The notes beneath the pieces are model-generated. The model saw only the letters and a list, made by a program, of their open reading frames with translations, was not told the origin of the DNA and made no database searches. Source: Octopus sinensis (lineage: Eukaryota). Taken from it: a DNA stretch of 53,741 nucleotides. The stretch spans positions 1 through 53,741 of the forward strand of contig NW_021831742.1 in assembly GCF_006345805.1 (NCBI RefSeq). Direction: 5' to 3'. Position 1 is the stretch's first letter. Each line of letters opens with the position of its first letter. The translations under genes and the position numbers were made by a program. This document shows, one piece after another, positions 10,745 to 24,700 of this stretch.

Positions 10745-11137
10745 GGCGTAGGAATGGCTGTGTGGTAAGTAGCTTCCTTACCAGCCACTTGGTTCCGGGT
10801 TCAGTCCCACTGAGTGGCACCTTCGGCAAGTGTCTTCTACTATAGCCTCGGGCCAACCAAAGCCTTGTGAGTGGATTTGATAGACGGAAACTGAAAGAAG
10901 CCCATCGAATATATGTATATATATATATATATATATGTATGCACGTGTGTGTAAATGTTTGTGTGTCTGTGTTTGTCCCCTCAACATCACTTGACAACCA
11001 TTGCTGGTGTGTTTACGTTCCCGTAACTTAGCAGTTCAGCAAAAGAATAAGTCCTGGGGTTGATTTGCTCGACTAAAGGCAGTGCTCCAGCATGGCCACA
11101 GTCAAATGACTTAAATAAATAAAAGATTAAAAGAGTA
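10745..11137 (+). mobile_element. B-family SINE, near full length
   Basis: Matches B consensus with short internal (TA)n/(TG)n; small deletion near the tail. Confidence 0.92.
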
Positions 11138-11370
11138 CAGATATACGAAGGTAGGGTATATTGCAAATGGTTAAACTAAATATAATACCAAATTAGGATC
11201 ATTCTGAACAATATAAATATACTGTATTAACTTCAAATATAAAATCGTTCACAGCTCAGAAACACATCTCCTGCTCTTTTCCCTATAGAGATATCTGAAT
11301 GAATGTGTTGTATATATGTATGTATATATGCATGTGTGGCGCGTGTTTTAGTGGTTTGTATGAATGAATT

Positions 11371-11750
11371 GGAGGCGCAATGGCCCAGTGGTTAGGGCAG
11401 CGGTCTCGCGGTCGTAGGATCGCGGTTTCGATTCCCAGACCGGGCGTTGTGTTTATTGAGCGAAATCACCTAAAAGCTCCACGAGGTTCCGGCAGGGGAT
11501 GGTGGTGATCCCTGCTGTACTCTTTCACCACAACTTTCTCTCACTCTTACTTCCTGTTTCTGTTGTACCTGTATTTCAAGGGGCCGGCCTTGTCACTCTC
11601 TGTGTCACGCTGAATATCCTCGAGAACTACGTTAAGGGTACACGTGTCTGTGGAGTGCTCAGCCACTTACACGTGAATTTCACGAGCATGCTGTTCCGTT
11701 GATTCGGATCAACCGGAACCCTCGTCGTCGTAACCGACGGAGTGCTTCCA
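11371..11750 (+). mobile_element. A-family SINE (tRNA-Arg-like head), full length, 13 bp TSD
   Basis: A-box tggcccagtgg, B-box gtttcgattcc; TSD tgtatgaatgaat at 11357-11369 and 11751-11763. Confidence 0.93.
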
Positions 11751-11771
11751 TGTATGAATGAATATATGTAT

Positions 11772-12069
11772 GAAAGCGTATGGTTTAGTGGTGTGGATAT
11801 TCGGCCCACGATCGTACAGTCATGTGTTCGATACCCGGTCACGCATTGTGGCCTTCAGCAAGTCACTTTATTTCACGCTTCTACAGTTCATACAGCTAGC
11901 AAAAATCAGTAGAATCTGTATTTCTGTGTCACGCTGAACCTCTCTTAGAAAGACCTTCAATATACGCATATCCGTTGAGTGTTCAACCGCTTGCACTTTA
12001 ATTTCACGAGCAGGCTGTTCCGTTAATCGGATCAACTGGAAGCCGCGTCGTAGTAATTGACGGAGTGCC
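11772..12069 (+). mobile_element. Old A2-type SINE (different head, A-type tail)
   Basis: Diverged match to 29510-29828; tail ttcacgagcaggctgttccg...gacggagtgcc. Confidence 0.7.
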
Positions 12070-12194
12070 GGAATTTTTTTTCTATATGTGTGTGGTTATG
12101 CACATGTCTATATGCATGTGTGTGTGTGTGTGTGTATGCATATAACTCTGTGGGAGTGCATATATGTATGCTTGAGTTGCAAATAAAGTAAATA

Positions 12195-12356
12195 GGCGCA
12201 GGAGTGGCTGTGTGATAAGTAGCTTGCTAACCAACCACATGATTCCAGGTTCAGTCCCACTGCGTGGCACCTTGGGCTAGTGTTTTCTACTATAGCCTCG
12301 GGCCGACCAAAGCCTTGTGAGTGGATTTGGTAGACGGAAACTGAAAGAAGCTCGTC

Positions 12357-12399
<43 letters not shown>

Positions 12400-12597
12400 A
12401 CTGCGGCCATGCTGGAGCACCACCTTTAGTTGAGCAAATCGACCCCAGAACTTATTCTTTGGAAGCCTACTACTTATTCTATCGGTCACTTTGGCCGAAC
12501 CGCTAAGTTACGGGGACGTAAACACACTACCATCGGTTGTCAAGCGATGTTAGGGGGGCAAACACAAACACGTAAACACACACACATACATACACAA

Positions 12598-12629
<32 letters not shown>

Positions 12630-12860
12630 GTGTTGTGTGTGTGTGTATGTATTGTGTGTGTGTTTACGTGTTTGTGTTTGCCCCCCCCTAACATCGCTTG
12701 ACAACCGATGGTAGTGTGTTTACGTCCCCGTAACTTAGCAGTCGGCAAAAGAGACCGATAGAATAAGTAGTAGGCTTTCAAAGAATAAGTTCTGGGGTCG
12801 ATTTGCTCAACTAAAGGCGGTGCTCCAGCCGCAGTCAAATAACTGAAACAAGTAAAAGAG
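12195..12860 (+). mobile_element. B-family SINE containing an internal inverted duplication of its own 3' half
   Basis: 5' half 12195-12356, (AT)n, inverted 3' half 12395-~12615, (AT)n, direct 3' half ~12630-12860. Confidence 0.9.
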
Positions 12861-13039
12861 AGAGAGAGAGGGAGTAAAAGGGTTTTCTCATCAGCATACA
12901 CACAAGCATATACACGCATGCGTATGTATGCATATATACATGTGTGTGTGTATATATGTATATATTCATTTGTTGCAAGTATAGTAAATATTCTCAACAT
13001 TCTTCACAATCTTCACATCTTCCTCTTAGTTTAACCTTC

Positions 13040-13722
13040 GTCGTTGTCGTCATCGTCGGGTCATCATCATCATCATCATCATTATCATGACTACCACCAT
13101 CCTCATCATCCTCACCATAACTATCATAATCACTATCCTTATCTTCCTTGTCGTCTTCACCATTCTCCTCCTCCTCCTTCGCCTTCGCCTCCTCCTCCTC
13201 CTTATCATCATCATAATCATCATCTTCGCCCTTATACTCATCATCATCACCATTATAATCATCATCATCGTCATCGTCATCCTCCTCCTCCTCATCATAA
13301 TCATCATCACTACCATCATCATCATTGTCATCATCATCATCATTATCATCACTCTCCCCTTCTCCTTGTCCTCCTCCTCGCCATTACATTCATCAGCTTC
13401 ACCATCATCATCATCACCGTTATAATCATCATCGTCATCATCGTCATCGTCATCATCATCATCACCATCATCATTCCATCATCATCACCCTCCCCTTCTC
13501 CTCTTCATCATCATTATCATCTTCAACACCACACTCCTCCTCCGCCGCCGAGTCCTCCTCCTCATCATTCTCATCACTATCATCATCATCATCATCATCA
13601 CCATAACCATCGCCATCATCATCTTCATCATCATCATCATAATTACCATCATCCTTTTTCTCCTCACTATCATTCTATCATTATCATCATCATCACCACC
13701 ACCACCACCACCATCGTCATCG

Positions 13723-13780
<58 letters not shown>

Positions 13781-14172
13781 CATCATCATCATATCATCAT
13801 CATACAGCTACAGTTGATGCCGGTACCGTTGTCATCATCGTCGTCGTCGTCGTTGTTGTTATTAACAATTGTTGTCTGTGGAAGTTGGCAATTGAAATAG
13901 ATTATTCAACACACCATATGGTATAGCTATATATCTACTGCTCCTCTTATACACTCTCGTCTGCAGTCATCATCCATCACTTAGTTGTATGTGTCCCTTG
14001 TGGGATGGTATGGAGAGACGAGGGAACGAACGAGCGAGCGAGCGGATGTGAACAGTGTCTAGCACCGAGACACGCTGTCTGCTCTTTGCCAATCCATGTG
14101 TCACCTGACCTCATTTGCCTCTGCTTTCTAATGTTCTTTCTCTTTTTCCCTCCATCCCTCTCTCACCGTGTC

Positions 14173-14231
<59 letters not shown>

Positions 14232-14253
14232 CTCTCTCTCTCTCTCTCTTCTC

Positions 14254-14314
<61 letters not shown>

Positions 14315-14397
14315 ATCTCTCTCCTCTCTCTCTCTCTATCATCTATCTATCTATCTATCTATCTATATATCTATCTATCTCTCTCTCTCTCTATCTT

Positions 14398-14442
<45 letters not shown>

Positions 14443-14719
14443 CTATCTATCTATCTCTCTCTTCTCTCTCTCTTCTCTCTCTCTCTATCTATCTCTCTCT
14501 CTCTCTATCTATCTATCATCTATCTATCTATCTCTTTCTTTCTCTCTTTCTCTATCCAGCTTTGTTATTTTTTTCTTCAGATTTTATGTTTCTTTCTTTG
14601 GCCTTTCTCTCTTTTGCTCTCACTCTTTACGGTCATTCATTAATCAGTCGTTAGTCACCTTAATCATCATCATCCTCACCACCACCACCACCACCACCAC
14701 CACCACCACCACCACCACC

Positions 14720-14768
<49 letters not shown>

Positions 14769-14791
14769 CAATGATGATAACAATGATGATT

Positions 14792-14830
<39 letters not shown>

Positions 14831-15188
14831 GTTGTGGTGGTGGTGGTGGTGGTGGTAGTGTTGCAGTTGGTTGTGTGGTGTTGATGGTGGTCATGTACGA
14901 AATGAAGATGATCGTTGTGATGATGACAGTGAAAATGACATCGGCTTTGATGATGACGACGACGACGACGACGATGATGATGACAAGGTAGATAACCATG
15001 ATGATGATGATGGTGATGACGATGATGATGATGACAACGATGATGACGAGGAGGGGGGAGTGGAGGATTGGGGCTCGTAGGGATGATGATGGTCACCACC
15101 AGCACCACCATGCCACCACCACCATCTTCATCACCATAATCATCATCATCATCACCACCACCACCATCATCATCATCATCACCACCAC

Positions 15189-15230
<42 letters not shown>

Positions 15231-15251
15231 ATCATCACCACCACCATCATT

Positions 15252-15285
<34 letters not shown>

Positions 15286-15467
15286 CTGTTCTTCGCTGTC
15301 TGTCAGATTCACAGGAGCATTCATTATTCTACAACATCCTCGTCCCATCCCCCATCCCAGCACATCACCGCACCATCGTAAACACGCCTAACCCCACCCT
15401 CAATACCGCCATCGCAGCTATCATCTACACCACTTCACACCAACAGCCTGAAATCCCTGTCTCCACT

Positions 15468-15500
<33 letters not shown>

Positions 15501-15522
15501 GCTGCTACTACTACTGCTGCTA

Positions 15523-15558
<36 letters not shown>

Positions 15559-15839
15559 AAACTACTACTACTAGTACAACTAATACTACTACTGGTGCTG
15601 CCGCTACATCTACTACTACTGTTGCTGCTGCCGCTACATCTACTACTACTGCTGCTACTACTACTGCTGCTACTACTACTGCTGCTACTACTACTGCTAC
15701 TACTACTGCTGCTGCTGGTGCTGCTGCTACTACTACTACTACTACTACTATACTACTACTACTGCTGTTGCTGAAACTACTACTACTAGTACAACTAATA
15801 CTACTACTGCTGCTGCCGCCGCTACTACTAGTAATACTG

Positions 15840-15874
<35 letters not shown>

Positions 15875-16060
15875 GCTGCTACTACTACTACTACTGCTGC
15901 TGCTACTACTACTACTACTACTACTACTATACTACTACTACTGCTGCTGCTGCTGCTACTACTGCTGCTACTACTGCTACTACTACTCACCCTACTAATA
16001 CTACCCCACCACCACTGCTACCACCACCACTACCACAACTACCACCACCACCACCACCAA
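13040..16060. repeat. ~3 kb mosaic of (CAT/CCT)n, (TATC)n/(TC)n, (CAC)n, (GAT)n, (CTA/CTG)n microsatellites with short unique spacers
   Basis: Direct inspection; explains the poly-H/I/S/D/L ORFs. Confidence 0.95.
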
Positions 16061-16794
16061 TACCATGTGCCCCAGCAGCTAACAAGCCTGACACCAACAG
16101 TAAAGAATACTGAAGTGGTGACCCTTCCCATGTAAGGTTCCTTCGTTGAGACATATTTCAGCATCAATGGTGGCCATCTTATGACGTTCTGAGTTTTAGA
16201 ACGTATATCTGTTTTCGTAACACGCATACATGAACATACATGCACTGACATACATGCACACACACACACGCATACACAAATTCGCACACACACCGCTCCG
16301 TACACATACTTCGTACAAGCATACATACAGTTACACACACATGCGCATAACGCGCTCACTCATAAAGCATGAATAAACACATACTTAAATACATACAATA
16401 GCACGCAAAGACACACACATATGTATAAATATTGGGGCACACAAGCACACAATACACGCACTCACATTCACACATACACACACACAAATACTTATACGCA
16501 CACATGTACAGATAGATACTTCATCCGAGCACATATGTTTTCACACATACATACGCTTTAGACACACGCTCACACAAAGCATAGACGAACACACGCATAT
16601 ATACATATGTACACACAAATAAAGCACACGTAAGCGCATAAACACTATATCGGAACCACAAACATATGACACAGGTATTATTTTATATATACGTAGGGGG
16701 CCTTTCGATAATACGATAGAATTAGGACAAGATACAAAAATGAAATTCGTCAATATATAAGGTCTTTTGCCTGTACCACGGCTTTACGATATTC

Positions 16795-17190
16795 TTTTAT
16801 TCGTTTACTTGTTTCAGTCATTTTGACTGCAGCCATTTTGACTGCAGCCATTTTGACTGCAGCCATGTTGGAGCACTGCCTTTAGTCGAGCAAATCGTCC
16901 GCAGATCTTATTCTTTGTAAGCCTAGTACATATTTTATCAGTCTTTTTTTTGCCGAACCGCTACGTTATGGGGACATAAACACACCAGCATGGGTTGTCA
17001 AGCTATGTTGGTTGTGGGAAAACATAGACACACAAACATATACTCACACATACATACATATGTATTTAGTTTTTTCCATCTACTTAATCTACTCACAAGA
17101 CTGGTCGGCCCGAGGTTATAGTGGAAGACACTTGCCCAAGGTGCCACGCACTGGGACTGAATCTGGGTCTAGTTCTTTTTTTCATTTGCA
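16795..17190 (-). mobile_element. B-family SINE, head-truncated, with a 15 bp triplication in the tail
   Basis: B homology; ttttgactgcagcca x3 at 16821-16865. Confidence 0.88.
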
Positions 17191-19175
17191 AAATATGCGT
17201 TTTTTAAAAGACAGAAAAAAATCTGAAAATCTACTATAGTAATATAGTTTTCCAGTCTAATTACTGTGAAAGTATGATGTGGAGAAAAAAAATTGGAGGA
17301 AAAATTTACAGAGGTTTAAAAATCGAAGAAACTGTGTAATTTTAGCCAATAAAGAGAGAGAAATTTTCTGCGTTTAGCGGAGCGGTGTCAACTTTAAAAT
17401 TGTACTCTGTGAAATTTATAGTTTAGCGTTTGTGAAATGACCTCTTCATTGTAGAATTCCAAATAAACAGAAATACCTAATTTCAATGTAGGTTTATAAA
17501 TAAACATAATTAACTAATAAAGTCAACATGTATCATCATATTGTTTCTTTTTTCTCTTCATTGACAGTATGTTTTTTATCATTATTGTATAAAATTTGTT
17601 ATATTAATATAAAGTAGTTGTATACTGTCACATTACGTTGACAGCATACAACTTCTTTACCGTATCACTACTGCACAAATCTCTCTGAGAGATTTAGAAA
17701 TGTATTATTTCTATATTAATATATTTATCTGCATCTGTTTACTTTATGCGTAATTCAGTATTATGTATACCTGTGCTGCATTTGTGTACATTGTAAATGA
17801 CCGTGCGAAGGAGAGATGCCGAGAATGGCTCCTTTGCACATCACACGGTCGATACAATAAATATAAAAAGGATAAATGAGTGTAAGTGCCAGAAGGAAAA
17901 GAGAGACACAACCGGGTAGAATGTTTAAGATAAGATTTTATTGATAGGTTAACATGCGTGTGTACGCGTCATATATACATAATAATAGACAAGTCGTCAT
18001 GTATACAAAGTGTATGTGTGTGCATTAAGTACAGAGCATTGAAAGAGTCTATAATATGACGTTAGAAGAATGTTCAGACACAAGGATGATAAATATCAGT
18101 TCGTAGTCAAGGTACACGATAATTGAGGTGCTGTAACAAGAAGTTGTGGCTGCAATGCAGAGCTGGTTGAGGCACATGTCATACGTCAAGCCGTGGCTAC
18201 GATGCAGAGCCGGTCACTTTTACAGAAGTTCTCGCAGGTTGTATTTGCTGTTAACTATGGTGAAGTAATTTAAAACAGTGTTGAGATAGAACCTGTGTGA
18301 GGGTTGCTGTGTACGTAGAGAGACGATGTTGACGACGTTAAGAAGATGGAGGCGACGATGAAAGAGATTGCCGTATGCTGTTGGAAGAGTGTTGATAAGT
18401 CACCATGTGGCTGCTGTTGTGTTGTCGTTGGAACTGGCTGTGTGCTCTGTGTGGTCAGTGGCTAGACCTTAAAAGGTTTGGAACCGAAAGACATCGACGT
18501 GTGTGAAGCCTCATCATATTCATGTTCATTATCATCGTCATCATCATCAACAACAACAACAGCAACAACAACGAACACAAATACACATATCTGACACACA
18601 CAAGCATATACTCACACATGTGCTGTCTCCCTTACACATAGATGCATGTACATATACCCAGATGCATGCATATATGCATACATAGTACACATAGAAAGAT
18701 ATTCTAAAATCAATAAATACACATACGCACACCCACCCATATGCGCATAAAATGTGCATTCTTTTTTCTAACACACATACACATACAAGCATACACACCC
18801 CACATACACACGCATATATACAAGCGTAATCACACACTCAGGTTCATAAAGAGACACGCAACGCACCAACGGCACACGCAATGTTCTAGGCATATGTCAC
18901 AACAGATCTAACTTGATCAGTCTATCACCACAGCTGAAATTACTGAGGTCATTTATCATTTTCAAGGTTCTTCACTACACTACTTTATTAAAGATATCGC
19001 AGCAGGGTGATGAAATGTGCGTGCGTGTACACACACACAGACACACACACACACATGCCCACACACACAATATGTGGTCAGCTTAACAGATATGTCATAA
19101 GACTGAGATGCTAAATGTCAAGTTATAACTTCTTGAAGCATTTTATATTTTTACCATGACACTTCTGTGGTTAGC

Positions 19176-19417
19176 CCAGTGATACCATTTTTTTTTGCCT
19201 ATGAACTCCTTTTCCCCTATTTTACTCGGGTGGACCCTCATAAACACTCTGTCTTAAAAAAGAGTCCTGTCGTATTTTTATGATTAAATAATGGGAATTG
19301 TCTAAAAAACATTGTTGAAATATTTTGAAGACAGTCAAGTTATTGCACATAAATTTTACCTACAAAATCTTATACGGGCCTTCAAGATGCTTATGGACCC
19401 CGATTGAGAAACCACTA
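19176..19417 (+). mobile_element. Degenerate hAT-like MITE related to 43344-43569
   Basis: Shared internal tttttgcct...ttttactc..tggaccc and end gattgagaaaccactag. Confidence 0.5.
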
Positions 19418-19561
19418 GATTAGATGAACTAATGATAGAACTCACAAAAGAACTTCCATGTTGTCTGCTATCTTGTTTGAAAGAGCAACTAGATTTTCTT
19501 GAAATGGGAAGCCTAACAATGAGGTTCAGGTTATTACGACGGAACATTTTACAATTTTTTA

Positions 19562-19995
19562 GGCGCAGGATTGACTGTGTGGTAAGTAACTCGCTTACCA
19601 ACCACATGGTTCCGGGTTCATTTTCACTGCGTGGCACCTTGGGCAAGTGTCTTCTACTATAGCTTCGGGTCGACCAAAGCCTTGTGAGTGGATTTGGTAG
19701 ATGGAAACTGAAAGAAGCCCGTCGTATATATATATGTGTGTATATGTATATATATATATATGTGTGTGTGTATATGTGTGTGTGTCTGTGTTTGTCCCCC
19801 AACATGGCTGGTGTGTTTATGTTGTCCCTCCTCAACATATGCTGGTGTGTTTACGTCCCCGTAATTTAGCGGTTCGGCAAAAGAGACCGATAGAATAAGT
19901 ACTAGGTTTACAAAGAATAAGTCCTGGGGTCGATTTGCTTGACTAAAAGCGGTGCCCCAGCATGGCCACAGTCAAATAATTGAAACAAGTAAAAG
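19562..19995 (+). mobile_element. B-family SINE, full length
   Basis: Matches B consensus; short internal duplication of ccccaacat..gctggtgtgttta. Confidence 0.92.
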
Positions 19996-20985
19996 TGTAA
20001 AGTGCAAGTGTACATATAAAACACACGATAACAAACGAGATTCTAATAGGCGCATGCTTTAATATGCATTAAATTGGTAGATTTGTAAAACATGCCATGT
20101 GTCTCCAAAGAAGCGTTTAAGCTCAGTCCATAGGTCAGATGTATTTAAAATCAAGACGCTGGACTATGTAAAAACATGAGAAAAAAACAAGGAATAAAAC
20201 AATGTGAAGAAGGTCGATGCAAAAATTGGAACGAAAAGAAAGAAATGAAAAGTAAAGGAACGAAAATTTTCGTTCTTTTTTACTGTAGAAACCATAATTA
20301 ATACACACATACGAAATGACTCACTGGATAAATTAGTCCTACACGTTCCTAAAATACGGGATTCGTATTACTGGGATATTTTTCTTCAATGCTGCATTAA
20401 ATTCATCTATGTGTCTGAAGGAGTAGACATGCTAAGTATAACTAACTTTAAAAGTATTGTTATTTAAACCGATATAATTCTGCAGGTCGAAAATCGAAGA
20501 TATATTCGTAATGTATTTTGCACCTACAATGAAACACAGGATTTTAGCCTATTCTAGTTATCCATATTATGTCCATTTCCATAGTGACGCATGAACTGCT
20601 ATGCCTCGGCTTTCGTTTACAAAAAACATCAGTGACAAAATACTTTTTATTCCAGGAGCAAATCTTTCCGCGGTCGTCAGTTGGAAACTGTACAAGAGGT
20701 CATTGACAGTACAGATCGCATTGGTTTCGGAGCCAAGTGGTTGTGTATGTGTGTGTATGTGTGTGTGTGTGTGTGCATGTGTGTGTGTGGGTGTTTCTGT
20801 GTGAAGGCCGTAGTCCCAATGCTTTCATCCAAACGAAAAGAAGAAAAGGAAGAAAAAATATGCAGGAGCACATGTTAGGTTTATCACTGTGTATATGAAT
20901 GTGTCTCAAGGCTCATACAAGCATCTCAGCATCTCTGTACATATGATAGTATGTATGTGATAGTACAAATATATATATATATATG

Positions 20986-21024
<39 letters not shown>

Positions 21025-21061
21025 TATATATATGTATGTATATATATATAGATACACACAC

Positions 21062-21108
<47 letters not shown>

Positions 21109-21310
21109 TATGTGTGTTTATACTCTTATATGCATATACACATATACACACAATTGCTTCCACTCATACAAACACACATACACACATATTCATGCATACC
21201 CACACCACATATACACAAGTACATTCCTAGCGAGTATGTATGTGTGTATATGCAGGTGCGTATGTGTGCATGTGCATATGTGTGTGTGGGTGCTTGTATA
21301 GGCAGGTATG

Positions 21311-21376
<66 letters not shown>

Positions 21377-21544
21377 ATATGTATATATAATATATATATA
21401 TATAATATATTATATATATACATACCTGCCTATATATATATGCGTTTATGCGTATGCATGCATTTTCGTAGCTGTGGGATTAATTGTGGTTCTGACATTG
21501 AGATGAAAAAAAAGAAAAAAAAGCATCCCATATCGCGTCTACGA

Positions 21545-21551
21545 TAATATG

Positions 21552-21584
<33 letters not shown>

Positions 21585-22112
21585 GTAATAATGATAATGA
21601 TAATAACAATAATAATAATAATAATAATAGTAATAATGATAAGGATAATCTAATAATAAATGATAATGATAATAATATTAATAAATACATAACAATAATT
21701 AATAATGATAATTAATAATAATAATAACAATAATACTAATAATATAATAATAGTAATAATGATAATGATAATAATAATAATAATGATAATGATGATAATA
21801 CTATAATAATGATAATGATAATAATAATATAGTAATAATGATAATAATAATAATAATAATGATAATGATATAATAATAATGAAATGATAATAATAATAAT
21901 AATAATAATAATATGATAATAATGATAATAATAAAATAATAATAAAATAATAATAATAATGAATAATGATAATAATATAATAATAATAATAATAATAATA
22001 GTAATAATGATAATGATAATAATTAATAATGATATGATATAATAATAATCATAATAACATAATAATAATAATGATAATAATAAAATAAAATGATAATGAT
22101 GATAATAATAAT

Positions 22113-22168
<56 letters not shown>

Positions 22169-22174
22169 AATAAC

Positions 22175-22239
<65 letters not shown>

Positions 22240-22295
22240 AATGATAATGGTAATAATAATAAAAAACAACAATAATAATAATAATAATAATAATA
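21545..22295. repeat. ~750 bp (TAA/TGA)n microsatellite
   Basis: Direct inspection. Confidence 0.95.
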
Positions 22296-22544
22296 AACGT
22301 AGTAGAACTGCATATTTTGAGTACTATGTTCCTGTCGAGCATTATAATGTCGTGCAGTCACTATAGTCAATCCAGTTTAGCTTTAGACATTTTTACCAAC
22401 CCAAACCTAACTCCCTCCGTTAAAAAATAAAAATAGTAATAATAAAAAAAACTCAGAAAAGCCAATGAAAAAAAATCAGTCTCCAAGATGGACATCAGCT
22501 GTTATGGACATAAAATTTAATTTGCAAAATGAAAGATATCTCAG

Positions 22545-24059
22545 ACATTCACACGCGTATACACACACGCACACAGACACACATACACACACACACACAT
22601 ACATATACACACACACAGCTACGAAAATACTCACACACACTGAAGCACACATGCATACACATACACGCATATATATATGTACACATACCTGCATATACAA
22701 CCACCCACACACACATATGGACATGTACATATACGCACGTGCATATACACACATACACACAGACCAAACACGCGCACGCATATGGACATGTACACATACG
22801 CACGTGCATATACACACATACACACAGACCAAAACACGCGCACACATATACGCAAACACACCCATCTATACACACATACAAACACACACACGTACGCACG
22901 CACACATACATAGGCATTCGTGAGCGAGCACACATACATACTGGTACACGCAGGAGCGCGCGTACACAAACACTCTCATTTTCATGGAGAAACAAATATA
23001 CACACACCTACACAGATATACACACATTAACATACATATGGAGCACAGGGATGTATGGCATTTATGCACACACATACATACATGCATACAAACAAACAAT
23101 ACATACACACATATACACGTACACACACACACACACACACAAACATACACCCATGTATATTTTCGCAGAGATATAATGCACCGCATTCACACACATTAAC
23201 GCCCACACTCATGCACACACTCATAAATACATATACATGTACACACATATACATAAACACAATATACACGCATATATTGCAGACGAGGGTCGGGTCTTAT
23301 ACACACGTATACATTCATATACGCATGCAGATACATACACAATTATGTATACATACATATATGCATTACATACATATGTGTACATATGCTCACATATACA
23401 TATAGCACACATAAATGAGAAGTTTTACTCGTACATATATGAACGCATAATCGCATGTATGCAAATAGTATACATGTAAACACATACATACGCAAGCAAC
23501 TATATATATATACACATACATTATTTTGTATAGCCGCGTGTACGTAACACTCTGAGATATGGTACGTCCGTGCATGCATACATACATACATACATACATA
23601 TATAGGCATATGGAGTAATTTACATGCATACATACATACATGCATACATACATACATACATACATACATACATACATACATACATACATTATACATACAT
23701 ACATACATACATACATACATACATACATACATACATACATACATACATACATACATACATACATTCACACATATATAAACATAAATGGTACGCAAATGTG
23801 CACGCATATTTATGGCATACGAGTGACACATATATTTACGCACGTGCACCGTTATGCATTCACTGACGTATACACCAACGTACAGTGGGATGTATGATCA
23901 CGTGGGCACTCGGTCGCTGATGTATATAGTAACAAAACTCACAGGAACGTATTTATATATGGTTGTGATATACATATACGCACATTTTCACACACACATA
24001 CTCATACACACACGCTATATAGACGGACAAATAGATAGAAATATGGTACATAGATTATA

Positions 24060-24131
<72 letters not shown>

Positions 24132-24323
24132 ATGTATATATATATGTAATATATGTATATATTATATATATATATTATATGTATATATATATACATACTA
24201 TATATATATATATATATATTAATAAATGAAATAAACATACGCATATATATAAACATATATGTACGTACCTACCTCTACATGTACATATACACGCATATAT
24301 TAGTACAGGACACCATATATATA

Positions 24324-24356
<33 letters not shown>

Positions 24357-24372
24357 ATAATATATATATATA
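22545..24372. repeat. (CA)n/(CATA)n/(TA)n low-complexity block, including a ~62 bp unit duplicated at ~22714-22845
   Basis: Direct inspection. Confidence 0.9.
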
Positions 24373-24700
24373 CTAGCAGAGATACCCGCGTTGCCCGTGT
24401 TAAATGCAATTCAAGAATTAGACTTTTCTATTATATTTTCTTCATTTTCTCTAATGAACTGGAATACCTATGATTCGAATTTAATCAAAATTGCAGATGA
24501 GGGTTTTTTCTCTCTTTACACACCCTAAAAAAATTTTAATCATGACACCTGTATCCCACGTTAATGATCTTTATGCGCAGATTCCAAAATTCCAGTCTTA
24601 TGGAACCTATTATAAGGAATTTGCTCCTGAAAAATGGAGGTTATGGAGCTCTAAAGTGTGGGAGTTAAGGCCTCTATTGGGGTGGATGTCTTAATGTCAA
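24373..24700 (-). mobile_element. Non-autonomous Helitron 3' end (5' end not located)
   Basis: Minus strand ends cacgggcaacgcgggtatctctgCTAG|t, the hairpin+CTAG signature shared with the element ending at 50433. Confidence 0.6.

Noticed and set aside
11371-11445. Genuine tRNA genes at SINE heads (also 37043, 38584, 40040, 29750, 32452)
   Set aside because: A/B boxes are present, but acceptor and anticodon stems are broken and each continues into a SINE body with TSDs.
20640-20745. RSKSFRGRQLETVQEVI as a mariner transposase C-terminus or an exon
   Set aside because: Needs a frameshift to fit, has no D34D region or TIRs nearby, and has only a weak donor.
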